From: Elsinoe ampelina
Taxonomy: Eukaryota
Reading direction: 5' to 3'
Assembly (NCBI GenBank): GCA_010093995.1
Contig: ML992514.1
Location: 460,084 to 516,304 of the forward strand
DNA length: 56,221 bases
Shown: piece after piece, positions 13,054-25,956 of the stretch
How the letters are laid out: each line of letters begins with the position of its first letter
How positions within the stretch are numbered: position 1 is the first letter of the stretch
Made by a program: the position numbers and the translations under genes
Notes under the pieces: model-generated
Seen by the model: only the letters and a program-made list of their open reading frames with translations
What the model was told of the DNA's origin: nothing
Databases searched by the model: none

Positions 13054-16000
13054 CTACACTACCGTCTCTTCATTCATGAGGTCCTCAACAAGGTCGCTTC
13101 GGCACGCCTCCAAATCCACAGCCCCCATGCCGTACGTCTTCTCATATGCAGCCATGCTTATCCCGTTGAAGAAGGGCATCAGCACTTGGCGCACAAAGTC
13201 TTCTCGTGCCATGGCCTTTGCATCAGCCGCATCCAATTTGAGCCCTGCCAACATGGGTCTCTTGGATTCAGATCGTTCGGCCTCGCTACTTGTTGTGTTC
13301 AACACAGCCTGGAGCTTGTCGGGACTGTCAGTGCTCGTCGACGTAAGAGCCTCTGCTACCTCATCGACCAGAGCTGTAGACGCTGCCGTTCCTGTGTACA
13401 CTGCATCGATGGTATTTGTGACGAAAATCCACTCGTGGAGCTGAAAGTCATCGGGCTGGAGGGTCGCTAGTAGGTCCAGCAATTTGCACGCTTGCAAGAG
13501 GGAGAGATTGTTGTACGTGTCCTGCTCCGTCCCATCTGGCAGTGCAGACAGAATCGCAGCTTGCAGAGTTGCATTGATGGTCGGCCATAGTCCTGCCAGG
13601 TGGATCTCACTCGTAGACAGAAACAGCGCTCGCCAGAGCATGAAGACTTCCGCTCTTGTGGCGCATGATGGAGAGCTTGATGGTGACGCCGTGCAGAGCT
13701 CGCCAACCTTTGTGTCGATCGTCGAGACTGACGGCACCAGAACATCTAGATCGTTTGCTAGGAGGAGCAACGCTGTACGTCTGAGATTGTGCTGGGCGGT
13801 CCTGTCTGCAGCAAGTCGAGCACTATTGGCGCCCACGCCAAACATCAAAGCGGCCGTCGATGGAGCTACAATTCTTGCCAGTGTATCTGGGACTAACGTC
13901 TTCTCGGTCAGTGACCATTTTCGCAGTAGCGGGAACCACTGTTCGGCCATCATCGGTGCCGAGGTGGAAAAAATCCTGGAGTCGCTGAAGGCATCATTCA
14001 CTTCTCGTTTCCACAACTTCGCCTCTGGTGACTGTGTCGATATCGAAATGACGAGTTGAAGGACTTCAGGCTTGATGTTCTCCGGGAATGCTTTTGCATG
14101 GAAGTATGGTCCAATTGCGTAGGTCGTGATACTGTTGACGGCTTGCAATACCCTATCTGGACTTTCCAAGATGGTCTGCAGCTTGGGAGCTGCCACGACA
14201 AGACTGGCGATGAGATCGCCGGTGCGGCCTTTTGACTTGCCGGCCCTTGAAGTGCTATCGGACGAACCACCCGACGGTCTTGCGGTGAACATGGCTGTGA
14301 GAAGACGAGAGAACAGGTCCTATATAGCATTAGTATCGTTCTCTTGAAGGCTCATTCATGGTCTTACAGCTAATGCACGATGCATCTGTTGAAGCTCTCC
14401 AAAATTGGTGTTGTCAATCTTCTCAGCCAGCAGTGTGATGAACTCCAGCAGCGCAGGAAGGACTTGTCTGTGTGGAAGCGGATTGGAGAGCACATCACGC
14501 AGGAACGTGATGCAATCAGTCCAGACCTCATCAAGTGCGTCATCTTCGATTGTCGAAATGTACTGGAGCAGGAAATCGACTACGTCCATTGCGGCCAGAT
14601 CGCAAGTCAAGGTCGAGCGCCGGCTAAATTCGAGCGCCTCCATGTTCGTCCGACTGTATAGTGCGTTCAAGATCAGAGGAACAGTGTTGCGAGGTCGTGC
14701 TGCTCCAAGCACGTTCAACAAGCTGAAGACGTTGCTGGTCTCGAAGTCAGTCCGAGCTCCATCTCGTGCCCGCACGAACAACGTGGCCATCTTTTCTGTG
14801 CACTCGAGCCCTTCCGCTGCGAACAGATGCTCTAGTATTTTCTTGGTTCTGTTTCGCAACTTGAGTGCATTGAAAGCTGTCGTGGCCGTCGAAGTGGGAT
14901 CGGCTTCATCAGCCTCGCTGCGATAGCTTGCCCATGCCCACATGTTGAAGCAGATCTCTACTGCGTCGTGTACACACAGGATCACGGTCAGCCGACTGTT
15001 CGATCTTGCAGTCTTGTTAGGGTTGCCGATCGGAGACATGATGTTGCTGCCAAACAGCGTCTGTGAGGAAGGTGATGGCCGAGCAGTCGATGGCTCTGGG
15101 GCACTGCTTTCCAACCCACTGTGAGCACTCGCGAGGACCAACTCTAGACCATGTAGAAGCCATGGAATCGAAGAAATTGGTATCTGGTCCTTGGGCGGTA
15201 TTGAAGTCGTTGACATGGTCCGTAAATTCTTGAAAACAATGTTGATTTGACTGCAAAAGCAGCCAACAAGGGGTATCATTGCGCTGAACATGACTTGTGA
15301 ATAGACCGGAAGAACACCTGTGAGAAAACCCATCCAATGCTCGAGGACAACATGAGAATTCGGAGAAGAGATAGCCTCCTTGACACTGTCGAACAAATTT
15401 GCAGGTGGCGTACGTGTCATGTCCGAAGAGACCGGTTTGCTTGCATCGCCGGCTCGAGAAGGGACATCAGCTGCTTGTGAAGCAGAATGCGAGTGAGACT
15501 GTGTTTCCCGAACTCCAAGAGCCTTTGCCAGGGTGGCTAGATAGTCGACCTGCAGGGATCCTTTGCCGTGCTTGATGAGCTCTCGCAGTACTGCTATGAG
15601 AGTATCCTCAATGCTAAGATGTCGTAGCGTCGATGCTTGGTCGCTGGAGAGGAGTAGGTCCAGCAAATGCAGCAGCTGTCTTTGAAGCGTTTCAAATGAT
15701 CGGCAGTCGATGACCTGTAGGATGTCCGTACAGAAGCGAGCCAGAAACTCGGTGCCGGATAGTGCAGGCTTCTCAGACTCCTCTCCTTGCGAGCGTATCT
15801 CGGCCAACACCTTCCACGTCGACTCAGAACCATGCTGTAGAATGTGACTGAGTTTTGTTGCTGACCCCAGTATTGCAGCTATCTGCTCGTGTTGTTCTCT
15901 AGATTGGCGGACGGCAGTATTGTGTGATTTTGCGAGTGCCTTGAAGGTGGTGAAATCGGACTCGATTTGTCCCAACAGACTGGAGAAGATGCGATCTAGA

Positions 16001-18715
16001 CTCGGGAGGTCTCTCAGCCAATCTCTTGAGAAAGCAGACACATCACTCCCGACAGCATGCAGACTGTCAAGAAGGACCATGAGAGGCGTATGAAGACGGT
16101 GTTCAGCTTCGAGATTACTGAACTCAAGAGTATGGGCATACGAACTTGCGCGCCGGATGAGTGAGTTTGCTTTCCGTTCCGTTCGCATTGGCTGATGCTG
16201 GACGGAATGCTCCCAGAGGATAGTGAAACGCTGAAAGTCGCTCAGTTGTGTTTGACTTTTGAGCATTCGCTCAGAAACGAAAGCCTCTATGTCGAAGCCC
16301 CTTGACAATTCTGCAGACAAACGATTCAACCGCCACAATAAGCGAACGGCCTCGACGTGATGCTTTGGGGCATACAGGGATAAGCTTAGCCACAAAAATT
16401 CGGCGGCGTTGATCTCGATTTGTGTGTGATCCATCGGTTCCGCATGGTCTGCTCCAATTATGGTCCAGACATTGATGATGGATGCCGCAAGAAGAAAGTC
16501 ACTGTCCCCTGTCCCCCATTCGCGAGCGACCTTATCGAGACACTGATCCATTGATCTACACAAGCTTGACAGACTGACTCCCTGCATGTCATTAATCTTT
16601 CCAACCAGTCCAATGAATATATCCGCTGTCCGGCTTGCGAGCTGATAGGCATTGGGTTGACTAATGCACTGTACAAACGTTGTCGCCGCAGAAAAGAGAA
16701 GTAGAGCGCTGGTTTTAGGCGGCAAAGAAGCGCTTAGTGGAGTGGGCACCGCGTGGTCCAGATCAGCAGAACTTCGTTTTATGAGCTCCACCGCTGCCAC
16801 ATAGTCCTCCTTGGACACCTTTGACAGGCGACCGAATCTTGCGTCCTCGCTGAAGGCATGAGCCGGAATAATGCTGACAAGCGAGATTATGAAATCGAGA
16901 AGGAGCTGGAGGCAGCCATCTGTTCCAGCTTTGACTATTTCGAGGAGGGTTGAAAGACCCTGAAGTGCCACAAGTGCTGTTCGTGGGATGTGCACTACCA
17001 GCATATCCTCCTCCCGAATGTTGAACTTCGAAATGACGAAGTTGAGAAACTTCAACTGCCTTGCAGCGTTCCGAGTGTCCTCGACTACCCCAGAAAGTGT
17101 AAGAGTGAGCTCGTTGATGATATTCGCCCATATGAGTCCGCTCTCGATGCCGTCGAAGAAGAGGCTCGCACTCCTGAGGACTTCATCGGTGGCATTCTTG
17201 CTGGTTGACTGATGATGCTCGAATGCCGCGACAAGGGCGGGAATGAAAATTGTAGGGACTAGAAAGCCACCGATCTCCCATCTGTCCATCAGTGCTGAAC
17301 AGATTCGAAATGGCTTTGCCTGGTCGGAAGCATCGCCAGAGGACCGAGTGAACATGCCAAGTAAGCAGCGCTGCAGGGAGGGCGCGCCATGTGACCGAAA
17401 GTAAGCAGCTTGATTCGCAGCAGCTGAGTCGACTGTATCGCTCGCGGGAGTCTTTAGACCACTGTCCTCCCCATCCGCATCATTGGCGGCAGGTTCCGGT
17501 CCTAAGAACCATGACCATAATCTACGGTTCAGGCTCATGTCTCTCCGTAGCACGACTGTAACCGCAGCGGCGATTAATATGTCAAGATCTGCTGACTGCA
17601 CGATAAGCTGGAGGAGATCCGAGGGTAGTGGTATGTGGGTGACCAAGAGATCGAGAAATCCTCTTTGGACAAGTATGTTGATGTCGCTTAGACCTGCAGC
17701 AAAGCATCTGATCAACAGGCCAGGCTCCGGACGAATGATATCCCCAGCTTCGGAAGGCAAACCGGGTTCTTGACTTCCTCTGACAGATGCGTGACCATTT
17801 GATTGAGGCCTTGCTCCGAAAACAGGTAGTCGTCTCGATAGAAAAGCCAACGCACCTTGTCGTCGGTTCTCGCTGGTCATGACTGCAAGGAAGAAGCACT
17901 GCCAGAAGAAGCCATCCCCAGAAGTAGGTCCGTTGGCAGGCACGTTGTTCTCGGTCGAGCTAATACGCCTCAGTCGATCAAGAATCTGGATGCCTCTCTC
18001 AAAGTCTTCACTTGTTTCGTCCTCAATACCTGGAAGAAGCCCTAGGATGACGGATTTGAGTGCAGGTCTCAGGCTGGTTTGGTTCACCTTGAGAATGTAA
18101 TCGTCGTAAAGGTCATACACCAGTGGCCTGACTGTAAGTGAGGCAAAGGACAACAGAGGCAGAAGTCCAGGTAGAAACACTTGTAGATCACGACCCAGAT
18201 TCGAGTTCTGTTGATTATCAGCTTGTATTGGACATACCCGCCACCTCTACTCACACCTAGCAGTCCAAACACACTGGCGTAGACATCCAAGGCCTTCTGG
18301 TGAACCCCGGAAGGTAAGGACGGATTCAAGCATTGTGCTAACCTCAAGGACACGAGAGAAGCATGTGGTATGACTTTCGTCTCCTTGGTCGCCTGTATAG
18401 CCTATTCTCTTGCTCAGCTTGATGATGCTGTACCATATACATCCACGTACTCTTAACAGTCGGCCGAGGAAAGCGATATAGTCGGCCCACTCCTGCTGCG
18501 AGGATTCGAAAGAGGCCAGAGCCTTCTCAATACCATTGGCATACCGTCTTGTAGCTTTGTCATTTTTCAACGCTGTGGCCCAGTCAGCGCTTGTCCATCA
18601 GGGAACATGGACGAATCCTACATTCCTCTACCAACCGACCAGCTCGCAAATTGGGTGAAGCACGTCCGGAGACTGGTGATATTGGTCGGTGGGCCAAGCC
18701 AGGCTCAAGGGACAT
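13054..18715 (-). CDS. DOP1: Dopey / Dop1 endosome-Golgi trafficking protein (5 exons)
   Basis: Dopey_N motifs EWADYIAFLGRL, RLAQCLNPSLPSGVHQKALDVY, VVLRRDMSLNRRLWSW. Inferred introns at 18573-18621, 18402-18450, 18208-18254 and 14320-14367 link the ORFs from ATG 18715. Confidence 0.93.
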
Positions 18716-18934
18716 ATTCGTGGTTCGTCTGGTCCATGAGTTGCGACCCAGATGCTCGTCTTTCGGTGACAGGGACGTTGACCAGTGTTACATACGAGAG
18801 AATCATATGAGAGTTTCATTGATGCCTCGCGTATACCACGGAAGTGCCCCGCGCTTCGGACTTCACCTCCTTGCCTTCGCGGCTCTGCTCCTACGTCAAC
18901 CATGGATTCTTACAATCATCGGAATGTATGACTT

Positions 18935-20914
18935 ATGATGTCTGAGGGTGGACATGATCGCGAGAACAATGAACCGCCTTCAACAAACCAAACGGCAAAC
19001 ATGTCACGAGGTGCTGAGGCAGCCCAGACGCAGACTGAGACGGCCCGGATAGACAGCGCGGCGAATAACACTGACGCGGATATACCACAGCCTTTGCGGT
19101 CTGACAATCTTGATCTACTGGACGAACGTGGTGTGAGCCAATTGAAGCTTTCGAAAAGACCCTCGAGACCACATTTGCAAGCAAGGCCGACAACTGCACT
19201 GTCACTTGCGGATACTCAAGTAGACGGACCATCAGACGAAGCTTCGCCCAAATCCTTCATCAAATCTATATCACGTCGACCGAGTCACGCATATCTCGGC
19301 AGAGCCGTCAGTCGTGCAGCAAGCGAAGCCGGAGACACCAGCAGTCTGCTCAGCTATGCCCCAAGTGTCGACTTTGGAGGTCCGACAGAGAGTCTGCTTG
19401 GGGAAATAAGCTCCCATCCTGCCACACCTGCTTGGAGGGCCCTGAGTGCTCAACTAGAGATCGACAATCCTTTCGACCGAATCTTCGCAGAGGACGACAT
19501 ATTCAGTGCCAAGTTCTCGCAGGAGTTCGACGAGGTCGAAGATGTCAACCATGATAGCTCGAATGCGGAACTACTTCTGAATGAGTGGAAGTCGAAGTTG
19601 AAGCATTTCTTCATCTTCTCATCTTCTGGCAAACCCATTTGGAGTCGACGCGGAGATGACCAACTAATCTCGAGCTACATTGGCATCATGCAAACGCTGG
19701 TCTCGTTCTATCAAGGTGCCAATGACGACCTCAGATCCTTCACAGCCGGAGACTCGCGCATTGTCATTGTCTCGAAAGGTCATCTGCATCTGGTCGCTAC
19801 AAGCAAGCTAGGCGAGAGCGACGTACAGTTGCAGACACAGCTGGAATCGCTTTACACGCAAATCTTGTCCACATTGACATTACCTAGCATGGAGAAGATG
19901 TTCTTGAACAGACCTTCCACGGACTTGAGGCGGCCGTTGCAGGGTACGGAAGTCCTTCTTGATGCACTTGCAGATGGCTTCACACGAGGTTCACCTTCCA
20001 CACTCCTCTCATCGTTGGAGTGTCTGAAGCTCCGCAAGTCACACCGACAGATCATCAATAATTCGTTGCTTAGAGTGCGCACGCCGAGTCTACTATACGG
20101 GCTACTTGTGGCAGACGCCAGACTGGTCAGCGTCATTCGTCCCAAGAAGCACTCTCTTCATCCCGGAGATCTCCACCTGATTTTCAATATGCTGTTCGAA
20201 GCTGGATCGGTCAAAGCAGGAGGAGGCGAGAATTGGATTCCACTTTGCCTGCCTGGCTTCAATAATACTGGCTACATCTATATGTACGTGTCTTTTGTCA
20301 ATCCCAACAACATTGCCGAGGCATCAAAGTCGACACCATCATCACCGAACCTCCGACCACCATCTTCGAGTAGCGCACCAAAGCACGAGGATGAAGTTGC
20401 AGTCGTCCTCATCTCAGCAAATAAGGAAGCCTTTTTCGAGCTTCGAGGCATGAGAGATGCCCTACTGAGCCAGATGCAGATCAACAAATCCTTGGCCATG
20501 ATTCAAGCCAGTATGCGTGCCGGACGACCCTCAATCACGTCTCTCGTACCCTCAGCAGTCACAGCCAACCAATCTGTCATCCGCCACTTCCTGTACAAGT
20601 CCAGAGGGAATGTCCAGTACGTCATGCCGTCATATGAGCCACATTTCCATACCCCAGTCGCAAAGCGGAGATTACTGAGTCTTTATGGCGAGCTGAGTGC
20701 GTCTCTCCACGGCAAGACAGGGAAGTGTAAGGTGGTGCACTCAGTCGGGAGGGACGCTGCTGCACTGGCCTGGGAGACACCACTTTTTGAGCTGTATATT
20801 GTGGCGAAGCCGGGCACCGGCCGAGATATGCTGGCAAGAGGCGCTAATCGAGTCGTGAACTGGGTCCGGAGAGAAGAGGAGAGAGTCTTCATAATTGGCG
20901 GGGCGGTGTTTTGA
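18935..20914 (+). CDS. MON1: Vacuolar fusion protein Mon1 (Mon1-Ccz1 Rab7/Ypt7 GEF subunit)
   Basis: KHFFIFSSSGKPIWSR, DLRRPLQGTE, HSLHPGDLHLIFN, ENWIPLCLPGFN, C-terminal WVRREEERVFI; single 659-aa ORF. Confidence 0.95.
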   Translation: MMSEGGHDRENNEPPSTNQTANMSRGAEAAQTQTETARIDSAANNTDADIPQPLRSDNLDLLDERGVSQLKLSKRPSRPHLQARPTTALSLADTQVDGPSDEASPKSFIKSISRRPSHAYLGRAVSRAASEAGDTSSLLSYAPSVDFGGPTESLLGEISSHPATPAWRALSAQLEIDNPFDRIFAEDDIFSAKFSQEFDEVEDVNHDSSNAELLLNEWKSKLKHFFIFSSSGKPIWSRRGDDQLISSYIGIMQTLVSFYQGANDDLRSFTAGDSRIVIVSKGHLHLVATSKLGESDVQLQTQLESLYTQILSTLTLPSMEKMFLNRPSTDLRRPLQGTEVLLDALADGFTRGSPSTLLSSLECLKLRKSHRQIINNSLLRVRTPSLLYGLLVADARLVSVIRPKKHSLHPGDLHLIFNMLFEAGSVKAGGGENWIPLCLPGFNNTGYIYMYVSFVNPNNIAEASKSTPSSPNLRPPSSSSAPKHEDEVAVVLISANKEAFFELRGMRDALLSQMQINKSLAMIQASMRAGRPSITSLVPSAVTANQSVIRHFLYKSRGNVQYVMPSYEPHFHTPVAKRRLLSLYGELSASLHGKTGKCKVVHSVGRDAAALAWETPLFELYIVAKPGTGRDMLARGANRVVNWVRREEERVFIIGGAVF

Positions 20915-20979
20915 CAGCAGCCTGGCCCGAAGCAATGTATATACACCCTGTACATGATGGTAATGACCAGATGAAAGCC

Positions 20980-21300
20980 TCATCTTTTAACCCCAGTGCT
21001 AGCGTTCTTCTTGACTTCCGACATGAACTCTCGCAGAAAGGATGGTCGCTGGGTATGGTGGATGTCTTCTGCGTGCGGCGCTGGTGATTGCTTCAATTTT
21101 TGGTCGAGTCTTTGCCCAAGACGGCCTTGTTCTTTACCAGCGATACCAGTTTGCTCTCTTAATTGTTCGATCAGATGCTTGCCGTAGCCGTGCTTGAGCT
21201 CCTGCACGCCACCGTGGACTTTTCGCACCATGCCGTGGAAAGCTTCACTGCGGAGAAGCGCCTGAACGGCATATGCTTCTAGAACTCTGACCCAGATCAT
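20980..21300 (-). CDS. Small protein resembling the fungal MIOREX component Mrx7 family
   Basis: 106-aa ORF; the N-terminus VLEAYAVQALLRSEAFHGMVRKVH and C-terminal FLREFMSEVK resemble Mrx7-like proteins. Recognised from memory, not searched. Confidence 0.6.
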   Translation of the reverse strand: MIWVRVLEAYAVQALLRSEAFHGMVRKVHGGVQELKHGYGKHLIEQLREQTGIAGKEQGRLGQRLDQKLKQSPAPHAEDIHHTQRPSFLREFMSEVKKNASTGVKR

Positions 21301-21902
21301 GCCTGCAACAAGAAATTGCTCCTACGATGGAAGCTTCGCCGATGCGTGATGGATTGATATCGTTGATGTTCTTGAAGAGGAATGTAAGTACAGTAGGGAT
21401 CAGTGGCAATCCAGTCTGGACGCTTCCGGTCCGGGCTGACAAACGGCACATTCGATGCCCACTGCCGCAGATTACTGTATCACCGTTCAGGTTGACCTCT
21501 CACGCGAAAGAACAGTCGACAGGTTTCTCGGCAACATTTCTGGACCTGTCCCATTGACGTCCCGCGACGACTTCTTTTCACCGGAATATCCCCTGCAACG
21601 ATTTCGCGATCGCATTGCACCACCATCACTGCTGACGACAACCCCGCTATCGCACATCCCACTTCCGCACCTGCGACACGCACGCCTTCATTTGCGCGAC
21701 CTGAGACATTCACCCGGGAAAATCAAGTGACGGCCTCGGCACATCGACGTGGTACAAGGAGTCGCCCCGGTCTGTCTCCAGTTCGCCAGTATGATAGGAC
21801 ACCGGTAGTCAAGAGTGGGAATTCAGGCACGCGACAGCGCCTACTTTCATGGGCTTTGCAACCCTCGTGACCCGCCGGGGACGAGACCGCGATCCTTCTT
21901 CT

Positions 21903-23194
21903 ATGGCCGCATCGAGGTCACCGAGTCCTCTCAAGATACCCAAGATTGCACGGAAGTTGTCTTGGTCACCTATGCGGTCGCCCGCCAGATCAGTATCAGC
22001 CATGTCGGACGCCTCATCTGTGGCCGCGGACACAGCCAGTGATACCGGGAATGCGCCGCTTCCTCCCTTTCTGAAGCAGACAAAAGCCGGTACGCGGGGC
22101 CTGCACACATGCAAGGAGTCACTAGCTGACAGGATAATCCAGAGATTCTTGATCGCTTCGTAGACCTAGAATGGCAACAACGGAACAGACTTGCAGCTGG
22201 CCTGCAACAATCCGACCCTCCCTCACAATGGGCCCGCACCCTCGGCGGCGGCGACCCACTTTCACGTAATCGCTATCTTAATATCGAAGTCTTCGCCAAC
22301 AACCGCATAAAACTCAAAGTAGAAGAAGGAGGCAACGATTACATCAACGCCAGTCCCATCGTCCTCGGCAACAGACGCTACATCTCCACCCAGGTACGCC
22401 TCATCCCCCTCCCCCATCACGCCCCCCTGCTAACCCCTCTCTAGGGTCCCAAAGAAACCTCCGTCTCCCACTTCTACCGCATGCTCGCCACCGAAACCTC
22501 CACCGTCGCCGTCGTAATAATGCTCACCCAAACCCACGAAGCCGGCCGCGAGAAATGCTTCCCATACTACCCCGACGACGCCTCCATCCCTCTCGAGATC
22601 CGCCCTGACAACGGCGACCCCGAACCCTCCGGCTTCGAAGGCACCGTCACCCTCCTATCCACCACCGAAGACCCAAAAGCCCGCTGCACAGTCCGCCACC
22701 TCAAACTGCGCTCGCGCGTCCGCACGAAAGACGGCACAGGCGACGAAGCCTGGTCTGAGAAAGAAGTATACCACCTGCTCTTCGGGGCGTGGCCGGATTT
22801 CTTCGTGCCGGAAGGGGAGGACAGAAAGGCATTGGTGGAGCTGGTGAGCCTGTCGCGGCGGCTGAACAAGGATGCGCCCGCGCCCGTGAGCTCGAGTTTT
22901 GCGCCGACACTGAACGGGTTGCGCGGGGAGCAGGCGGAGATGAACCCCAGGGTGGTGCATTGCTCTGCTGGCGTGGGACGATCGGGGACGTTCATCGCGC
23001 TGGATCACCTGCTCACGTTGCTGGATAAAGGGGAGTTGGATGAGGTGGAGGCGGCGCGGGATCCGATTGCCGAGACGGTGGATCGGTTGAGGCAGCAGCG
23101 TATGATGATGGTGCAAGGGGAGAGCCAGTTTGGGTTTTTGTACGAGGTTTTAAGGGAGGCGTGGGTGGAGAGGTGGAGGGAGAGGGGGAGGTGA
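21903..23194 (+). CDS. Classical protein tyrosine phosphatase (Ptp1-like; 3 exons)
   Basis: RNRY, DYINAS, YISTQGP (across intron 22394-22444), WPDF loop, HCSAGVGRSG P-loop, QRMMMVQ. First intron at 22090-22142. Confidence 0.93.
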
Positions 23195-23454
23195 CTTGCG
23201 GGACGAGGAGTGAGGAGGGTTGAAGGGGCGGTGTGGAGGCGGAGGAGGAGTCATGTGCTTGGGGAGGGGAGGAGGTTGTCTTGATATCGGGGAGAGAGAG
23301 ACTGGGAGGGAGAAGGGGTGATGATGCATGCCTGGCTTCGACTTGGGCGCATGAATGTTACGACAGCATGGTGGTTTTTTGGGCCGTGTGGATGAGGAAT
23401 AGAGGCACTGGATCATGGCTGTAGAAGGGAGTCGCATATTGTATAAAATCATCT

Positions 23455-24639
23455 TCATCTGGTCACTGACAGTCCGAGGGCGTGCAGTGCTTCTTCACGG
23501 TCTAGTTCATCGTTCCTCACTTTCTCCCATGTCTGGTCGTCGATGCGCTCGCCGGGATCGAGTATCCGCCAGTTCGGACTTGCACCTGCCCCGACCCAGT
23601 CAAAGTCTTTGACGTCTTGCCACTGCTGGTGCGCACTCTGCTTGGAGTCGAGAACGCCAGGGAGCTCACCGAACCTGATGGTCTGGCAGTCCTCGATGAT
23701 GGGCTCGCTGCTGCATGAGAGGTACACATCCACGTCTTTGCTTTCGTGCATTCTGAATTGCCGACATGATACGGCCACTCTGCAGGTATTCAGACCGGTG
23801 ATATGGACTGCACCGTCGATGTGGCCTAGAATGAGCAGTGAATCTGAGATGTCCTTTGCTGATAGACTGGAGAGGGCCTTTTGAGGCGATGAGCCGGGGG
23901 CCAGGTTGACGACGCTGCGTTCTAGTGATAGAAGCGTGCCTGTCTTCCCATCAACCTGAGCGTTTGGGGAGAGCGAGAGGTGCACATCGCTGTGATTTGC
24001 TATTCGTACAGGACCATTCGAGAACGAAGCTCGGCGAATCATGGGTGCGTGGGAGGCGGGAAATGCCGGCTCTGGAGTTGGCTGTGATATGTCTATTGGA
24101 CCTGCGACCCTCTCTGAGCTCACCGTTGTGGTCGGACCAGAGTTCTCGGGCTCCGCAGTGCTTTCCGGTGGGCCATGATCTGATTGAGGTGGGGGCGGGG
24201 TAGACGCGGCGGAGGCATTGGAGGTGGCGGACTTTTGGAAACTGAACTTTTGTCGCGGTTTTATCTTAGACTTGAGGAAGTCATGCTTGGATGTGAGTGT
24301 TTCGACTTTCTGCACGGGAATTAGCACAGCGGTGACTTGCGATGGTCGCTATTGGTGGTGCACCTCTTTTATCCTCTTTTGGCCATGCGGAGGCAGAGTG
24401 GCGACGAACTGGTCGCGTGATCTAATGAGTGCGGCATAGTCTCCGGAGAGAGCGTTGAAATCGTTCTGTAGGTCCGGGATTCTCTTTTGGCCTGCTGTGT
24501 AATCGTCTTGCATGCTCTGCAGTGATCGCTGCAAGACTGCACTAGTCAGTCTCCCTTCTGCCGGGGCATGGTTGTATGGTCTTGTACTACCGTCTGCTTT
24601 GGAGAACCAGACGTCCTCGGGAGTATTATCGGTCCCCAT
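23455..24639 (-). CDS. Tubulin-binding cofactor C (TBCC/Cin2-like)
   Basis: C-CAP/TBCC domain GAVHIT...VSCRQFRMHES...PIIEDC...WQDVKDFDW and KPRQKFSF linker. The upstream exon (LPPHGQKRIKE) joins through a GTGCAC...GCTAAT...GCAG intron; the start at ATG 24639 is inferred. Confidence 0.85.
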
Positions 24640-24872
24640 AAATTGCAATTTGGAATGTGGAATGAAAGATTGCCAGGATATGTTCAGATTGAAAAGTGAA
24701 GCATGCGTTAGTAAAGTTGTTCGAGAGGGTTGAAAGCAGCGACGCGAATGCTGACCCGAGCAGAATTCCGAGCGTCGGAGTCGAGGATTCTTGTCATGGA
24801 CTCAATCGTCCGAACGAGCAGTGGCGTATGATTTGTCATGGAATGGTATGTTTATTGCTACATGAACATCCT

Positions 24873-25617
24873 CTATTGGATTGAGATCGACTTCTGCGGC
24901 ACCTCGATGCCGTACTTCTCCTTCAACAGCTCTGCCCTTCTCTCCGGATATCCTGCACCGTATACACCTGGAAGCTGTCATTAAGTGTGTTGCTCAAAGC
25001 CTTTAAAAAGCAGCATACCTCGTCCCTCGCCAATCTCTGCGATAGTGTCCTCGACGGGTCTCCGTCTGTTCTTTCGCAACGCAACCTTCCGCTCGTACTC
25101 ATCGACCGCCGGATCCCTCTCATAGCCTGACATCTTCCCGCCTGTGTAGTTGAAAGCGGCCAACACAACTGCTGAGAGCGTGCCATACCCGAAAACTGCT
25201 GGTAATGTTCGGACTGGAATCGCTTAGTGTCCTGCCTTGTGATCACAAAGGCGCTTCTTACACCGTAGTCCCAACATTGTGCCGGAGAAGAAACCTCCAA
25301 TGGTCGGGTTCCAGATGTCGTCCTTCTCTCGCAGGTTTGCCGAAGCCAGTTTTGCGAATTCGTACACACCTCCCATTGCGCCTTGGCCAGATTAGCAGAC
25401 CTTTTCTCATTGCCGCGAGAAATCCAATACCGAAGATGGCGATTGTCCCTCCCGTTCTTGTCACGAACCCCATTGCCCCTATGTTCTGCCGGTTCAGGGT
25501 GTTCTGTATCGTCGACACAAAAGCTCCAGCGCCGGATGTGATCATTGTCGCTTTGATTGCCGATCCAATGGCGTCTTTCGGATGGTATTGACCATCATGT
25601 GAATCGTCCGAAGCCAT
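24873..25617 (-). CDS. NADH:ubiquinone oxidoreductase 21.3 kDa subunit (NDUFA11, Tim17-like; 4 exons)
   Basis: YHPKDAI, GGVYEFAKLASANLREKDD, RKNRRRPVEDTIAEIGEGRGVYGAGYPERRAELLKEKYG, assembled across three short GT-AG introns. Confidence 0.9.
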
Positions 25618-25956
25618 GACTGCTGATGGTCAAGCTGTCATGTGCCGTCAAAGGCGTGTAACGAATTTAGAGCGGAGATGATTGGGCGGAGGAAGACATG
25701 AGGTCGGCGGCATCTTCAAAATGGTTGGTCCAAGCGCCCGAGCTGTGGTTCATGCAGGCGGGCAGAAATGCTTCATCCTCCCCAAGGCTTCCATGTTTCC
25801 AGAAACACGCGTCCCTCCTTGTCATTTCCCGGTCTGAAGAGCTTCCAAATGCTTCTCCATGTCCAGCTATTCATACAGTACCGGTAACGATGGTTTTCGC
25901 ACCTCCAGAATTCAATGCGGACCACTTCACCGGACAAGGCATTACGACGTCACGCA

